Of a stretch of 64,000 bases of DNA, positions 1-9,566 are shown one piece after another. The notes below the pieces were generated by a model. It did no database searches and was not told the origin of the DNA. It worked only from the letters and a program-made list of their open reading frames with translations. A program made the translations under genes and the position numbers. This DNA comes from Candidatus Eiseniibacteriota bacterium (GTDB lineage: Bacteria; Eisenbacteria; RBG-16-71-46; CAIMUX01; VGJL01): positions 256,001-320,000 of the forward strand of contig CAWBWI010000002.1 of the NCBI GenBank assembly GCA_963792585.1. Direction: 5' to 3'. The number at the start of each line of letters is the position of its first letter. The stretch's first letter is position 1.

Positions 1-97
1 TCCTATCGATTCCGTCCTTTCGTGCCGACACATATATGGGTTACCGTACCGGCACCCTGATCGGGCTAATCCGGCCACTGATGCCGACGGAGGAACG

Positions 98-994
98 ATG
101 GTTCAGATGAAGAGATGCCTCGGCTGGGCTCTCATGGTGGGGATCCTGCTGATCCCGTCCATGGCCCGCGCCCAGATCGAGCCGAACCTGAGCACCTACA
201 CGGGCCAGAATGCGAACGGGTACCTCGCCCCCCTCGACGAGGCGCTGGCCGCCACCCTGCAGTCGGGGATGTTCCGCTCCGCAGCGATTCCCAAGAGCAA
301 GTTCACCTTCAGCCTCGGGGCCGTCTCGGCCTTCGTGAAATTCGCGGATGGGGATCGGGTCTTCACGGCCAGGACCGAGGAGGGCTTCTTCCCTGCCTCG
401 GAGGTGGAGGCCCCGACGGTGATCGGGGATACCATGGCTGTCTCGCTTGCGGGACAGGGAGGAGCGGTCGCGGTCTTTCCCGGAGGTCTCGATGTGAGCT
501 CCTTCGGTCTGGCGGTTCCTCAACTGACGGTCGGGGGCTATGCGGGCACCGAGGCGACTGTCCGATTCATCGCGGTCGAGACGGGGGACGCCGACGTCGG
601 TGATCTGAGCCTGATCGGCGTCGGCCTGCGTCATTCCCTCTCCCAGTACTTCCTGCAACCGCCCGTGGATCTCGCCGTCGGCGGGATGTGGCAGCGACTG
701 AAGGTGGGGGACGACCTGGTCACCGCCACGGCGCTGTCCCTCGGCGCGCAGGCGAGCAAGCGATTCAACGTCCTCGAACCGTACATCGGGCTCTCCTACG
801 ACACGTTCAAGTCGGAGGTCGAGTACAAGACCGCGGTCAACGCGGACGAGAAGACGAAGATCGACCTTGATGACGTCAACAACGTCCATATCTTGGTCGG
901 ATTGGGGATCAACGTCTCCATCCTTCACCTGTATGGCGAAATCGGCTCGGCCGACCGGACGGTCTTCGCGGCCGGTCTGAGCCTGGGGAATTAG
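98..994 (+). CDS. Exported outer-membrane protein, DUF6588-like
   Basis: GGAGG RBS; signal peptide ending ARA-Q; C-terminal half has alternating beta-strand pattern (LIGVGLRHSLSQY, FAAGLSLGN); resembles the FCB-group DUF6588 family from memory. Confidence 0.6.
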   Translation: MVQMKRCLGWALMVGILLIPSMARAQIEPNLSTYTGQNANGYLAPLDEALAATLQSGMFRSAAIPKSKFTFSLGAVSAFVKFADGDRVFTARTEEGFFPASEVEAPTVIGDTMAVSLAGQGGAVAVFPGGLDVSSFGLAVPQLTVGGYAGTEATVRFIAVETGDADVGDLSLIGVGLRHSLSQYFLQPPVDLAVGGMWQRLKVGDDLVTATALSLGAQASKRFNVLEPYIGLSYDTFKSEVEYKTAVNADEKTKIDLDDVNNVHILVGLGINVSILHLYGEIGSADRTVFAAGLSLGN

Positions 995-996
995 CC

Positions 997-1614
997 ATGA
1001 GCAATCACAACTGGACAACCCTGAAGAGAGTGGGCGCCGCGCTGGGGTTCCTGGTCCTCTGTATCGGTTTGACAGGGGAGAGTTGCACCCCGGACCGAAC
1101 GATGGAGGTGGTGATCGCAGCCGACCTGATTGCGGACTTCCATGCCCAGGGCAGCGACAACACCTACTCCGGTGAGACCACGATCGACGTCAGCGACCAG
1201 ATCGACATCCAGGAGATCATGGACGACAACGGACTCGAGGAGATCACGGAAATCAGCGTCCAGAGCGTCTTCCTGAAGACGACGGTGAAGGATGGGGCGC
1301 CGAATCGAACCGTGAGCGGCGCGGTCGACGTCCGTCGCGGCGGTGGGGCGGATGGGGCTCTGGTCACGTACTCGTCGGCGGAGGTGAACTCCGTCGAGTA
1401 CGAGGACTGGGTGGCGATCCCTCTCGAGACCCCCGGGGTGACGATCCTGAACGACGCTTTCGCCGACATCATCGACGGCGCGCCGGTTTCCCTGACGTTC
1501 ACCGCATCCGGGACCTCCACGCCGATCGATACCGCCACCGACTTCTGGTGGCAGGCGAAGCTCCGCGTCAACGTGGTCGGTATCAAGAAAGTAACGGTAT
1601 TCGAGCCGCTCTAG
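997..1614 (+). CDS. Hypothetical lipoprotein
   Basis: 2 nt after the previous stop; basic N-terminus, hydrophobic stretch and lipobox-like TGES-C; acidic, beta-rich mature part. Confidence 0.65.
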   Translation: MSNHNWTTLKRVGAALGFLVLCIGLTGESCTPDRTMEVVIAADLIADFHAQGSDNTYSGETTIDVSDQIDIQEIMDDNGLEEITEISVQSVFLKTTVKDGAPNRTVSGAVDVRRGGGADGALVTYSSAEVNSVEYEDWVAIPLETPGVTILNDAFADIIDGAPVSLTFTASGTSTPIDTATDFWWQAKLRVNVVGIKKVTVFEPL

Positions 1615-1639
1615 CACAGGCAGAACGGCGCCGAGCGAA

Positions 1640-1671
1640 AATCCCCGCGGGCCCTTCGGCCCGCGGGGATT
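1640..1671. terminator. Hairpin terminator between convergent genes
   Basis: Perfect 14-bp stem AATCCCCGCGGGCC / GGCCCGCGGGGATT with loop CTTC; short T run on the minus strand after glyQS. Confidence 0.75.
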
Positions 1672-1705
1672 CGCGTTGGTCGGTGCGCGTCCGCGAACGA
1701 GTCGC

Positions 1706-3034
1706 CTACCGCAGCTTGAACTTCCCGCCCAGCCAGCCCCGGAGATCCCGGATCGCCACGCGATCCTGAACCAGCGTGTCTCGGTCGCGCACCGTCACCG
1801 ATTCGTTTTGGAGCGTCTCCGAGTCGACGGTGATGCAGAAAGGCGTGCCGGCCTCGTCCATCCGACGGTAGCGCTTGCCCACCGATCCCGCCTCGTCATA
1901 GAAGGTGTAGAAGTCACGCTTGAGCTCAGTGGAGATCCGCTGCGCGACCTCCGGCATCCCGTCACGCTTCACGAGGGGGAAGATGGCGGCCTGGATGGGG
2001 GCGAGATCGGGGCTCAAGGAGAGCAGGACCCGTGTCTCACCCTCGACCTCGTCCTCGCGGTATGCATCGACGAGGGCGGTCAGGACGGTGCGGTCGCACC
2101 CGGCCGAGGTCTCGATGATGTACGGCAGGAAGTGCTCCTTCGACTCGTCATCGAAGTACTCGAGCTTCTTACCGGAGTACTCCTGGTGGCGGCCCAGATC
2201 GAAGTCGCCCCGGTTGTGCACGCCCTCGAGCTCCTTCCAACCGAACGGGAACTCATACTCGACGTCGAAGGCGGCGCGGGCGTAATGGGCCAGTTCGTCC
2301 TTCCCGTGTTCGTGGAAGCGGAGCTTCTCTTTGCGCAGACCGACATCCTCCAGGTACCAGCGCATTCTCTCGGCCTTCCAGTGTTCGAACCACTCCGGGT
2401 CGGTGCCCGGCTTGACGAAGAACTGCATCTCCATCTGCTCGAACTCGCGCGTGCGGAAGATGAAGTTGCCCGGCGTGATCTCGTTGCGGAACGCCTTGCC
2501 GATCTGGGCGATCCCGAACGGGATCTTCTGGCGGCTCGTCGTTCGTACGTTGTCGAAGTTGACGTAGATCCCCTGCGCCGTCTCGGGGCGCAGGTAGATG
2601 ACTGACGACTCGTCCTCGACCGGACCCATGAAGGTCTTGAACATCAGGTTGAACATGCGGGGCGCGGTCATCGTGCCGCGGTTGCCGCAGCGAGGGCAGG
2701 GAGTATTCGGGTCGGTCGGATCCGCCGTCAGATCGTCGGCCCGGAAGCGCGCCTTGCACTGCTTGCAGTCGACGAGGGGATCGGAGAAGTTCTCGACGTG
2801 GCCCGATGCGATCCACACGCGCGGGTGCATCAAGATCGCGGCGTCGAGGCCCTCGATGTCGTCCCGCATCTGCGTCATCGCGCGCCACCAGAGCCGCTTG
2901 ACGTTGTTCTTGAGCCGAACCCCGAGCGGGCCGTAATCCCAGCATGCATTGATGCCGCCGTAGATCTCGCTCGACGGGAAAACGAAGCCGCGCCTCTTCG
3001 CGAGAGCGACGAGCTTCTCCATCACCTTCTCCAT
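1706..3034 (-). CDS. glyQS: Glycine--tRNA ligase, alpha2 dimeric type
   Basis: AKRRGFVFPSSEIYGG, YLRPETAQGI, FRNEITPGNFIFRTREFEQME, anticodon domain GKRYRRMDEAGTPFCITVD; start reset to ATG 3034 with a GGAGG RBS. Confidence 0.97.
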   Translation of the reverse strand: MEKVMEKLVALAKRRGFVFPSSEIYGGINACWDYGPLGVRLKNNVKRLWWRAMTQMRDDIEGLDAAILMHPRVWIASGHVENFSDPLVDCKQCKARFRADDLTADPTDPNTPCPRCGNRGTMTAPRMFNLMFKTFMGPVEDESSVIYLRPETAQGIYVNFDNVRTTSRQKIPFGIAQIGKAFRNEITPGNFIFRTREFEQMEMQFFVKPGTDPEWFEHWKAERMRWYLEDVGLRKEKLRFHEHGKDELAHYARAAFDVEYEFPFGWKELEGVHNRGDFDLGRHQEYSGKKLEYFDDESKEHFLPYIIETSAGCDRTVLTALVDAYREDEVEGETRVLLSLSPDLAPIQAAIFPLVKRDGMPEVAQRISTELKRDFYTFYDEAGSVGKRYRRMDEAGTPFCITVDSETLQNESVTVRDRDTLVQDRVAIRDLRGWLGGKFKLR

Positions 3035-3136
3035 GACCCCTCCCTGCTGTTCACCGGGCAAAAGTACGTTAGACTCTAGCCTTTCACGGCAGGAACGTTC
3101 AACGGTCCCGGTCGCCACATCCGGGGAGGGGCGAAA

Positions 3137-3916
3137 ATGCTGGAGTTTGCGATCGAGGTCGCCCGAGAAGCGGGCGAGATCCTGATGAGCGCCTACGGGA
3201 AGGTCGAGCGCGGGGGAGTCGAGTACAAGGGGTGGCGGAACCTGGTCACCGAGACTGACCTGGCCGTCGAGGACCACCTTGCGCGACGGATCTCGCAGCG
3301 TTTTCCCGAGCACGGAATCCTCGGGGAGGAGCGGGTCGCGCGCGCAGCGACGGGCAGCGGCCCCGCTCACAGATGGGTCATCGATCCGCTCGACGGGACG
3401 ACGAACTTCGTCCACGCGCACCCGATGTTTTGCGTTTCGATCGGTCTGGAACGTGACGGCGAAGGGATCGTCGGGGTCATTTTCGCGCCCTACCTCGAGG
3501 AGTTGTTCACTGCGGAGCGTGGGCGAGGGGCGTTCCTCAACGGATCCCCGTGCCGCGTGTCGGAAGAAGGCGACCTCTCCCATGCCCTGCTGGCTTCCGG
3601 ATTCGCCTATCGCCAGGACGAGGCCTCGAACACGAATCTGGAGAACTGGTCGCGCCTCTCGCTCGTCTCCCGTGGCCTGCGTCGGTGCGGGGCGGCGGCG
3701 CTCGATCTGGCCTACGTCGCGTGCGGGCGCTATGACGGATTCTGGGAGCTCTATCTCTCCCCATGGGACGTCGCAGCGGGCGCGCTCCTCGTCCACGAAG
3801 CCGGCGGCCGCGTGACCGATCTGGCGGGGAGCGATCGGTGGGCCGATGGGCGAGAGATTCTGGCCACGAACGGGCCGCTGCACGAAGCGATCCGGGAGCG
3901 TCTCACGGGGCCTTGA
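3137..3916 (+). CDS. suhB: Inositol monophosphatase family protein
   Basis: ILGEE, WVIDPLDGTTNFVH, GAAALDLAYVACGRYDGFWE and WDVAAG motifs. Confidence 0.92.
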   Translation: MLEFAIEVAREAGEILMSAYGKVERGGVEYKGWRNLVTETDLAVEDHLARRISQRFPEHGILGEERVARAATGSGPAHRWVIDPLDGTTNFVHAHPMFCVSIGLERDGEGIVGVIFAPYLEELFTAERGRGAFLNGSPCRVSEEGDLSHALLASGFAYRQDEASNTNLENWSRLSLVSRGLRRCGAAALDLAYVACGRYDGFWELYLSPWDVAAGALLVHEAGGRVTDLAGSDRWADGREILATNGPLHEAIRERLTGP

Positions 3917-3944
3917 GGATGGCGCCGGTTGGCCAACGCGGGGT

Positions 3945-6233
3945 CTAGGGGGTCCTGCCCGATCCTTCGGATCCCCTCAGGGCCTGAATGCGCATATCGA
4001 CCTCCTCGTCCTTCCCTCCCAACGAGATGAACCTGCCGTACGCTGCGAGGGCTTCCTGCGGCTTCGACAGCTTGAGGTCGTAGACCGCCCCGAGCGAGCG
4101 GTAGGTTTCGGCGGAGTTTGGCATTTCCTCGACGGCCCTCCGTAGAGCATCGGCGACGCCCACGTAATCTTCGGTCTTCGTGTGCACGCTCGCAATGCGG
4201 CACCACGCGGCCCAGCGATCCAGGGGTTGGGCGGTTCGATCGTTGCCCACGAGCCGGGCGATCTCTTCCGCCTTCGCGCCGGCCCCGAGCGTCTCGAGCG
4301 CGCGCGCCTGCTGCAGGCGCAGCGAGCGCCGCTGATCGTCCGGAACCGACGGCTCCCGCACGAGCGCGCCGGCGAGGGCATCGATGGCCGCGGGCTGGTC
4401 CGACTCGATCATGCACCAGAGGATGTTGTTGAGGATGTCGACCCGGTGTCTGCTGACGTGGAGGGACCCCTTCTCCGTGCGCAATAGCTCGAGATAGGCG
4501 ACCTGGGCATCGTCGCGATACCGGATCTGGAGCGCGTAGTTCGCTCGATAGAAGGGGGCGTAGGGAAAACGCAACGGCGTCAGGAACGACGGACGCTTGC
4601 TCTGCGTGAAACGCACGATCTCGTCGGCCAGCGCCTTCTCGCGCCGGGGATCGCGGGGAGCGGTCGAGAGGAGCTGTCTGGCTTCCCACTTTTTCAGGAC
4701 GGCGACGTTCGGGCCGTTTCTCCTGCAGAGGACGACCGCCGTCAGGTCGACATGGACGGTCCCCCACTCCGGATTGTCGATCGAGAGATAGCGCAGCAGG
4801 GCGGGCATTTCGTAAAAGTCGAGCACGATCGCTTGAAACCTGCGCTCCCGATCGAGCTTCTGCCAGATCGCCGCGATGTTCCCCTCATTTGCCGTGCGGA
4901 TGCTCTGGTAAGCCTCGATCGTTTCCGGAGTGCCGACCCACCGTGCATCCAGGAATGGAAGCAGCCGTGTGCCGTTCTCGAGGACGATCGCGCCGGCCGC
5001 AAGCGGATGATGGAAGATCGGACCCTGGAGCTTCTCCTCCCGCAGAAACCGCGCGGCGTCGAGTCCTGCGAATGCATGGTTGAAACCGAAGGCGATGCGG
5101 CGGTCTTGGTCCTGCCGCAGAAACAGGCGGTTGCTTGCCAGCCCCCAGATTCCCGCGATCCCCACAGCGAGCGTCGTTACGGCCAGCGCGCCCGCCAAGA
5201 TTCGCGAGACGCCGGGACGCAAACGCTCCGTCACCGCCGCGACTGCGACGGGAAGGAAAACGGCAGTGGTCAACGCGAAGAGCGGCATCGCGCGGCGGGC
5301 GCGCGCGGCGAGAACGGCTGTGATCAGCAGGGCGAAGATCGCACCCCATCCGAGTCTTCTGCGGGCGATCAGCGCGATCGCGAGGACGATCGGAAGCGCG
5401 ACCCGGAACGCCCAGACGGCAAATCCCGTCTCGTAGCTGGTGAATGGGCTCATCATCTCGGCAATCTGGAAGGGGAGGGAGTAGTTCTTCCCCAGGAACT
5501 GCACGAGATAGAGCTGACTCTGCCAGGAGGCCGGCCCCGCGGGTCCCACGAAGGTTGCCAGGATCAGGGCGCCGAGGATCTTCGCGTCCCGCCGCAGGTC
5601 TCCTTTCCGATCGAGGCGATCTCCGACGGCGAACGCCGCGAAGAGGGCGGGGAGGAGGCCAAACCAGATGTGCGTGTTCACCCAGACCACTTGGAGGGGG
5701 ACCAGGAGCCACTCGGACCGGGAGCCGCGATGCCTCAATAGAAGCCAGAGGGCGGCGATCCAGGCGAGGAACGAGAAGAGCTCCGGCCGATCCAGGAAGC
5801 GTTCCTGGGAAATGAGGAGGGCGATGAGGAACCCGAAGGCGATCGCCCAGATGGGGGCCCGGAGTCTGCGCGCCAGTAGCAGGGCGGCGGCAAACGCGGC
5901 GATCAAAAGGATCGCGCGCAGGAGGACGATTCCGGAGGGTCCGATCCGGTCGTAGGTCTCCGCGACGGCAATCTGATAGAGCCAGTAGCTGTACGCCTGC
6001 TTCAGGATCTCCGGCGCCTGCCCCATGGTGAGGTGGCGAACACCGCCGAAGTCGGAAAGTAGGAGCCGGCCGATGGCGATGTGCCGACCGAGGTCGGCAT
6101 CGATAATGTCCGTGCAGGCGAGTAGGAGGAGAATGACAGCGCACGCCGCGATCGCCGCCCAGGCCGCGATCGTGAACCGACTCGAGGGGGAGACCTGTCT
6201 GATTTCCGGTTCTTTGCGCCCAAGTTCACGCAT
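3945..6233 (-). CDS. Polytopic membrane protein (GT-C glycosyltransferase-like) with C-terminal TPR repeats
   Basis: About 10 hydrophobic segments; DxDLGRHIAIG, RPELFS and WVNTH motifs; TPR-like tail (PNSAETYRSLGAVY). Start uncertain. Confidence 0.6.
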   Translation of the reverse strand: MRELGRKEPEIRQVSPSSRFTIAAWAAIAACAVILLLLACTDIIDADLGRHIAIGRLLLSDFGGVRHLTMGQAPEILKQAYSYWLYQIAVAETYDRIGPSGIVLLRAILLIAAFAAALLLARRLRAPIWAIAFGFLIALLISQERFLDRPELFSFLAWIAALWLLLRHRGSRSEWLLVPLQVVWVNTHIWFGLLPALFAAFAVGDRLDRKGDLRRDAKILGALILATFVGPAGPASWQSQLYLVQFLGKNYSLPFQIAEMMSPFTSYETGFAVWAFRVALPIVLAIALIARRRLGWGAIFALLITAVLAARARRAMPLFALTTAVFLPVAVAAVTERLRPGVSRILAGALAVTTLAVGIAGIWGLASNRLFLRQDQDRRIAFGFNHAFAGLDAARFLREEKLQGPIFHHPLAAGAIVLENGTRLLPFLDARWVGTPETIEAYQSIRTANEGNIAAIWQKLDRERRFQAIVLDFYEMPALLRYLSIDNPEWGTVHVDLTAVVLCRRNGPNVAVLKKWEARQLLSTAPRDPRREKALADEIVRFTQSKRPSFLTPLRFPYAPFYRANYALQIRYRDDAQVAYLELLRTEKGSLHVSRHRVDILNNILWCMIESDQPAAIDALAGALVREPSVPDDQRRSLRLQQARALETLGAGAKAEEIARLVGNDRTAQPLDRWAAWCRIASVHTKTEDYVGVADALRRAVEEMPNSAETYRSLGAVYDLKLSKPQEALAAYGRFISLGGKDEEVDMRIQALRGSEGSGRTP

Positions 6234-6424
6234 GATCGGCGGCATTCTAGCAGAGGAACGATTCACTGGTCGCGGAATTGGGGGGAGAATCCGTGCCGGG
6301 CATAGCCCCGCCCCCGACCCGCCGGGGCTGCCCAGCCTCAATATATTCGGGCCGGCGCGATTCTCCTGTCTTGACCGGTCGTTCGGATTGGTAGAATCTA
6401 ATCGGTCACATTGATGGAGGTTCC

Positions 6425-8539
6425 ATGGGGGGATACCTCGCCGATTTCTTGACGCCGCGCGCGCGTAGGCGGCTGGCAGTCATCTGGTTCTCGATCGGAC
6501 TGACCGCATCCGGAGTCTGCGCGGCCGGGGTCCATCCCGTGTTGCGCGAGTGGGTGCGCGCCGGCGATCCGGATCGGGGGACGCCGGTCTGGGTCCTTTT
6601 CTCGGATCACGACTTGAATGGGCCGGCGGACCGGTCGGCCGCCCTCGCAGCCGCGCAGGATCGAATCGGCGAAGCGGCCCTGGCGCGCCGGTCGCGCGCG
6701 GGGGCAGCGCTCGCCGACGAATTCGATCTCCCCGTCAGCCGTGCCTATCTGGAGGCGGTCGCGCGCCACGGCGAGCTTCGGCACCAGAGCCGCTGGCTGA
6801 ACGGGGTCAGCGTCGTGGTGAGGCTTGGCGACGTTGCGTCGATCGCCTCCCTGCCGTTCGTGAAGGAGATCCGTCCCGTCGGGCAAGGCCGCCTCGCGGG
6901 GCTCGGACCGGAGCGGGCGCCAGACGGAAGGATCCTGGAACGCTTCGACCCTTCCCTGGCAAGACCGGCGCCCCGCCGGCCGGCCACGTCCTATGGTCCC
7001 TCCTTCGATCAACTCAACGAGATCGGCGTGGTCCAGGCGCACGCGGCGGGGTACGCCGGCTCCCGTGTGATCCTGATGATGCTCGACACGGGGTTTCGGA
7101 AGGACCACCAGGCGGTGTCCAGTCTCCTGCGCATCGCGGAACATGACTTCGTGTTCGGAGACGGCGATACGCAGAATGGAGTGGGGGACGAGCCCACGCA
7201 GCACTGGCATGGCACGGCGACCTGGTCCGCCTGCGGTGGATATGCCCCCGGGACGCTGATCGGTCCTGCCTACCGAGCGGGGTTCATCCTGGCAAAGACG
7301 GAGGACATTCGCTCCGAGACGGTGGTCGAGGAGGACAACTATGTGGCCGCCCTCGAATGGGGCGATTCCCTGGGCGTGGAGGTCACCTCGGCCTCCCTCA
7401 TCTACATGGGATTCGACGACGGCTCGGGCTGGGACTGGCAGGAACTCGACGGCGACACGGCCCCGATCACCCGCGCGCTGGATCGTGCCGCCGCCCGAGG
7501 GATCCTCTGCGTGAATGCAATGGGCAATTCGGGTCCCGCCGAGGGCACGCTGGGAGAGCCCGCCGATGCCGACTCGATCCTCGCCGTGGGGGCCCTTGAC
7601 TGGGACAACCTGATCGCGGACTTCTCCAGTCGGGGGCCGACGGTCGATGGCCGGATCAAGCCCGAGGTTTGCGCCCGAGGCGTGGAAACCTGGTGTGCCG
7701 ACGCGAACGGAATGGACTCCTATGTCGGTGCCTCCGGCACGTCTTTGGCGACTCCCCTCGTCGGCGGGGCGTGCGCATTGCTCCTGGAGGCTCACCCCGA
7801 ATGGTCGGCCCAGCGGGCAAGAAGCGCGCTCATGATGACGGCCGACCGGTCGGGTCAACCGAACAACGACTACGGGTTCGGACGCATCGACCTCTGGGCC
7901 GCGATGCACCAGGCTCCCATCGTCGTGCCCGTCCCCTTCAGTCTTGTCGCCCCTGCGGAAGGCGCCGTGCTCCAGACCGTTCGGCCGACCCTCGTCTGGA
8001 ACCGCTCCACCGACCCGCAGGGCGGCGCAATCACCTATGAGGTTTGGATCGACGAAGATCCTCGATTCGCGACCCCCCTCGTGATCGAGGGTCTGGCGGA
8101 CACGGTCGTGACAACTTCACCGCTCGCCGCAGAGACGCTCTTCCACTGGAGGGTCTTCGCCGAGGAGCCGGACGGGTACCGTCGCATGTGTCGTGAGGAC
8201 CGGACCTTCCGGACACCAGCCGCCGGTTCCGCAGAGGACCTGCCCGCTACCGTCGATGGCTGGAAAATCGAGGTAAGCCCAAATCCGTGGCAAACGAACT
8301 CGGTGATTCGCTGGTATGCTCCTCCCGGCAGTCTGGGGCAAGAAGTGACCCTCACGGTATTCGATCCCGGGGGCAGGCGTCTCGCTCGCGAACGCCGCGG
8401 CGTCGATCGGGAGGGATGGCTCCAGTGGTCATGGAGTCCGGGGATTGGCGACCCGGGCCGGACGTCTGCCGGCGTCTACATTGCCAAACTGAACGCAAAC
8501 GGCCGCGTTGCAACGACGAAAATCGTCTGGCTCCGATAG
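6425..8539 (+). CDS. Secreted subtilisin-like S8 peptidase with C-terminal FlgD/T9SS-like sorting domain
   Basis: Catalytic triad motifs MLDTG, HGTATWS and SGTSLATP; AMGNSG oxyanion motif; CTD SPNPW...VFDPGGRRL...SAGVYIAKL...TTKIVWLR. Confidence 0.9.
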   Translation: MGGYLADFLTPRARRRLAVIWFSIGLTASGVCAAGVHPVLREWVRAGDPDRGTPVWVLFSDHDLNGPADRSAALAAAQDRIGEAALARRSRAGAALADEFDLPVSRAYLEAVARHGELRHQSRWLNGVSVVVRLGDVASIASLPFVKEIRPVGQGRLAGLGPERAPDGRILERFDPSLARPAPRRPATSYGPSFDQLNEIGVVQAHAAGYAGSRVILMMLDTGFRKDHQAVSSLLRIAEHDFVFGDGDTQNGVGDEPTQHWHGTATWSACGGYAPGTLIGPAYRAGFILAKTEDIRSETVVEEDNYVAALEWGDSLGVEVTSASLIYMGFDDGSGWDWQELDGDTAPITRALDRAAARGILCVNAMGNSGPAEGTLGEPADADSILAVGALDWDNLIADFSSRGPTVDGRIKPEVCARGVETWCADANGMDSYVGASGTSLATPLVGGACALLLEAHPEWSAQRARSALMMTADRSGQPNNDYGFGRIDLWAAMHQAPIVVPVPFSLVAPAEGAVLQTVRPTLVWNRSTDPQGGAITYEVWIDEDPRFATPLVIEGLADTVVTTSPLAAETLFHWRVFAEEPDGYRRMCREDRTFRTPAAGSAEDLPATVDGWKIEVSPNPWQTNSVIRWYAPPGSLGQEVTLTVFDPGGRRLARERRGVDREGWLQWSWSPGIGDPGRTSAGVYIAKLNANGRVATTKIVWLR

Positions 8540-8558
8540 CCCGGGAAGGTGGACAGAC

Positions 8559-9335
8559 ATGTCGGCTTCGTGGACTCATGACAGGATTGTGCGGCTGCTT
8601 CTTGATGCCGCAAGCGCCCACCGCGACGGGGGCCGATTCGAGCGGGCTGAGAACTTGATCGACGAGGCTTCCTCGCTCGCACAAGGGGAGGCGCAGCCCC
8701 CGCTCATCGCCGCCGTCGCCGCGAGTCGCGGTGTTCTCGAAAGAACCGAAGGGGATCTGGATGCGGCCGGCCGCTCCCTGACCGAGGCCCTGCGAATCCG
8801 GCGCGGCCTCACGGATCCTCTGGGAACCGCCCGCGCCCTCGGAGATCTCTCCCGCGTGCACTTCGAGGCGGGGCGAACGGAGGACGCTGCCAGCTGTCTG
8901 GAGGAGGCGATGGAACTGAGCGCCCGGGTCGAACCGGGCCGCACCCGCGCCGAGATCCTGGAGCATGGAGGCGCCCTCCATTCCGGCGAAGGCAACGTGG
9001 ACCGGGCGCGGGCCTGCTACGAGGACGCCCTTGCCGTCTATGAGCAGCTCGGCGACCGGGGCGCAGCCGCCCGAGTTCGAGATGCGCTGGCCCGCGTTGA
9101 ATCGGGGAACGCGCCGGTCAGCCTCGACGATGAACTGCTCGGAATCGAGAAGAATCGCCTGCTGGCCGCTCTCGACGCCGAATCATGGAATCAATCGCGC
9201 GCGGCCCGCCGCCTCGGGGTGACGGAGACACGTGTGCGCAATTTGATGCGCCGCCACGGACTTCGGTCCCGAAATCGACGGGGGCGTCCCCGCAAGGGCG
9301 GCGAGGTCCCGAGCCAAGAGAGCCGTGCGGGGTGA
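8559..9335 (+). CDS. TPR protein with Fis-type HTH and terminal AT-hook-like motif
   Basis: TPR-like helices (ARALGDLSRVH, ARACYEDALAVY); Fis HTH ALDAESWNQSRAARRLGV; RRGRPRK near the C-terminus; no AAA+ domain. Confidence 0.75.
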   Translation: MSASWTHDRIVRLLLDAASAHRDGGRFERAENLIDEASSLAQGEAQPPLIAAVAASRGVLERTEGDLDAAGRSLTEALRIRRGLTDPLGTARALGDLSRVHFEAGRTEDAASCLEEAMELSARVEPGRTRAEILEHGGALHSGEGNVDRARACYEDALAVYEQLGDRGAAARVRDALARVESGNAPVSLDDELLGIEKNRLLAALDAESWNQSRAARRLGVTETRVRNLMRRHGLRSRNRRGRPRKGGEVPSQESRAG

Positions 9336-9348
9336 CGAAGAGGGAAGA

Positions 9349-9552
9349 ATGCCGACGATCCATGACAGCGTTCGCGAGATGAAGGAGCGGGATCCCCGGG
9401 TCGAGTCGAAGGTGCTCGAACCGGGGCAGGTCCAGCGGTTCCTGACGAAGCTCGGATACTTGGGGCCGTTCGATCGCTGCAAGTACGATGTGATCTACTT
9501 TCAGGAGAACGGCCGGGAACTCGCGATGGTGATCTGGGGGCTCGTGGAGTAG
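9349..9552 (+). CDS. Small hypothetical protein (67 aa)
   Basis: Purine-rich RBS; fills the gap between co-oriented genes; GC3-biased codons. Confidence 0.6.
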   Translation: MPTIHDSVREMKERDPRVESKVLEPGQVQRFLTKLGYLGPFDRCKYDVIYFQENGRELAMVIWGLVE

Positions 9553-9566
9553 GGCGACCATCTTCC

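Noticed and set aside
3035..3883. N-terminal extension of glyQS in the ORF track
   Set aside because: It is the antisense of suhB; the real start is ATG 3034 with an RBS.
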